Source of the DNA: Salpingoeca rosetta
Lineage: Eukaryota > Protista > Choanoflagellata
Direction: 5' to 3'
Assembly (NCBI GenBank): GCA_033442325.1
Contig: JAWQFM010000022.1
Span: 1,213,777-1,258,827 of the forward strand
DNA: 45,051 nt
In this document: one piece after another, positions 43,506-45,051 of the stretch
Numbering within the stretch: position 1 is the stretch's first letter
Layout of the letters: each line of letters starts with the position of its first letter
Position numbers and translations under genes: made by a program
The notes under the pieces: generated by a model
Databases searched by the model: none
Told to the model about the DNA's origin: nothing
What the model saw: only the letters and a program-made list of their open reading frames with translations

Positions 43506-44840
43506 AGAAGGGCGCAAGGGCACGGATGGTAGACAGTGTGTTGATGTATGACAAGTTGTGTGCGCATGTGATAACGCTTCGTGAACAGCACCTGGGACGT
43601 GTCTGGTGTCGGATATGCTGCAAAGGTGACGTCGAGGTTGGCGCCCGCATCAGCCTGTGCTGCTGCTGCTGATCCTGGCCCTGTTGCGGTGGTGGCAGCA
43701 GCGATGGCAGAGCCGGCTGGTGGTGCACTCCCTGTCTCTGCGCCAGAGGAAGGCTGGTCCTGACGCCACGAGAATAAGCAACGGTCCGTATGCATGTGCT
43801 GGTGAGCGTGACGCGTTCAATATGTATTGCTCTGCAAAGGGCTCATCGGTGATGCACATACGCACGTGCGTATGCGTGCGTACACAAACACACACACACA
43901 CACACACACGTGTACACACACACGTGTACACACACACGTGTACACACACACGTGTAACACACACACACACACACACACACACTGACCTGCTGGAAGAGGT
44001 ACATGTGCTCGCGCGGGCAGGGCAGCAGCTCACGGAAGCGGTAGCGGGACTGTCGTCGTCATCGTCACCATTTCGTGGGGAACAGATCATCGCGGGTTGG
44101 GGATGATGATGATGAGCGCGGACAGTGTGGTGTAAATGTGGTGGAGTGCGGTGCATGCACAGAGGTGGACATGCAGCAAGCACGCACGACAAAACCATGA
44201 CCAAGGAAGATACAAAATCACACAACAACGGCAGCAAGACTGCAACATCTTCTCACAAACAAACAAACAAACAAACAAATAAACAAACAAACAAACAGAG
44301 GTCAAAGCAGCCGGTTATCGTCGCACCATGAGGTGGTCCATGGTGTGTTCGTCGTGCCGCTGCGTGACCCCGCGGTTGGCGTCCACCTCCGCCTGCACCC
44401 GCAGCGCCTCGTCCGCCGCCTGTTGCCGCTGCTCCAATCGCAGCACAGACGACAAGTCGCCGTGCAGGGATTCAAACTTGATGTACCGCTCCCAGATGCT
44501 GCCGGCCTCCTCGCCTTTGGAGAGAGGGCAAGGGGTGGTGAAGGGTGGTGAAGGGTGGTGGTGGTGGTGGTGAGTTGGGCGAAGGGGGAGAACATGTGGG
44601 ATACAGGACGTCCGGCGAGTGCATGGAGTAATGAGACACATGAGACACACACAGACACAGACACGCACACAGACACAGGCGCAGACACATACACACAAAC
44701 GTGCACGGACACGGACACACACATCCACAACAACTCACTTGGCACTTTAGCGAGGAAGCGTTCAAAGAGGGCGCGTGTGTTGTTGCTGTCGCCCATGTAC
44801 GACATGAACGACAGAAATGCATCGGCGTAGCTCGGGGACG
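42481..44840 (-). CDS. CSTF3: Cleavage stimulation factor 77 kDa subunit (CstF-77/Suf/Rna14), 3' exons; gene continues beyond the window
   Basis: [88 protein letters not shown], and C-terminal [12 protein letters not shown]. Motifs are in CstF-77 order; stop at 42481-42483. Confidence 0.9.
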
Positions 44841-44976
44841 CTGGACACCAGACGGGGGAGGATGAAAGTGAGTGTGTGCGTGTGTGTGTGTGTGCGTGCG
44901 TGCGTGTGTGTGTGTGTATGTATGTGTGTGTGTGGATGTATGTGTGTGTGTGTGTGCATGTATGTATGTGTGTGTA

Positions 44977-45051
<75 letters not shown>

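Noticed and set aside
44960-45051. Telomeric repeat at the window end
   Set aside because: Ordinary (GT)n inside a CstF-77 intron.

Overview
Eukaryotic genomic scaffold with GC-rich exons, short introns packed with (GT)n/(CA)n microsatellites, and three N-gaps. The style and gene set suggest a choanoflagellate such as Salpingoeca rosetta (inference, not proven). Hand-spliced genes, left to right: AATF/BFR2 (+); a CECR2-like DDT-WHIM-bromodomain protein with a polyQ tail (+); a FAM8A1-like RDD membrane protein (-), head-to-head with a large gene that appears to fuse an N-terminal TM anchor, a Ufd2/UBE4-like core and a BIRC6-type ubiquitin-conjugating (E2) domain where the U-box would normally sit (+); three intron-poor, bacterial-looking genes (YeiH/UPF0324 transporter, secreted PQQ-type beta-propeller, FAD-dependent monooxygenase with an internal TQHS repeat); ~9 kb with no recognisable gene, resembling an rDNA spacer with ~63-bp subrepeats; the 5' ~690 nt of a divergent 18S rRNA ending at a 100-N gap; ADA2 (+, 5' end lost in the gap); and the 3' part of CstF-77 (-). 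The best novelty candidate is the TM-Ufd2core-E2 fusion paired with the FAM8A1-like gene, a possible self-contained membrane ubiquitination/ERAD module. Family assignments come from remembered motifs, not database searches. Most ORFs in the supplied track are microsatellite or antisense artefacts.
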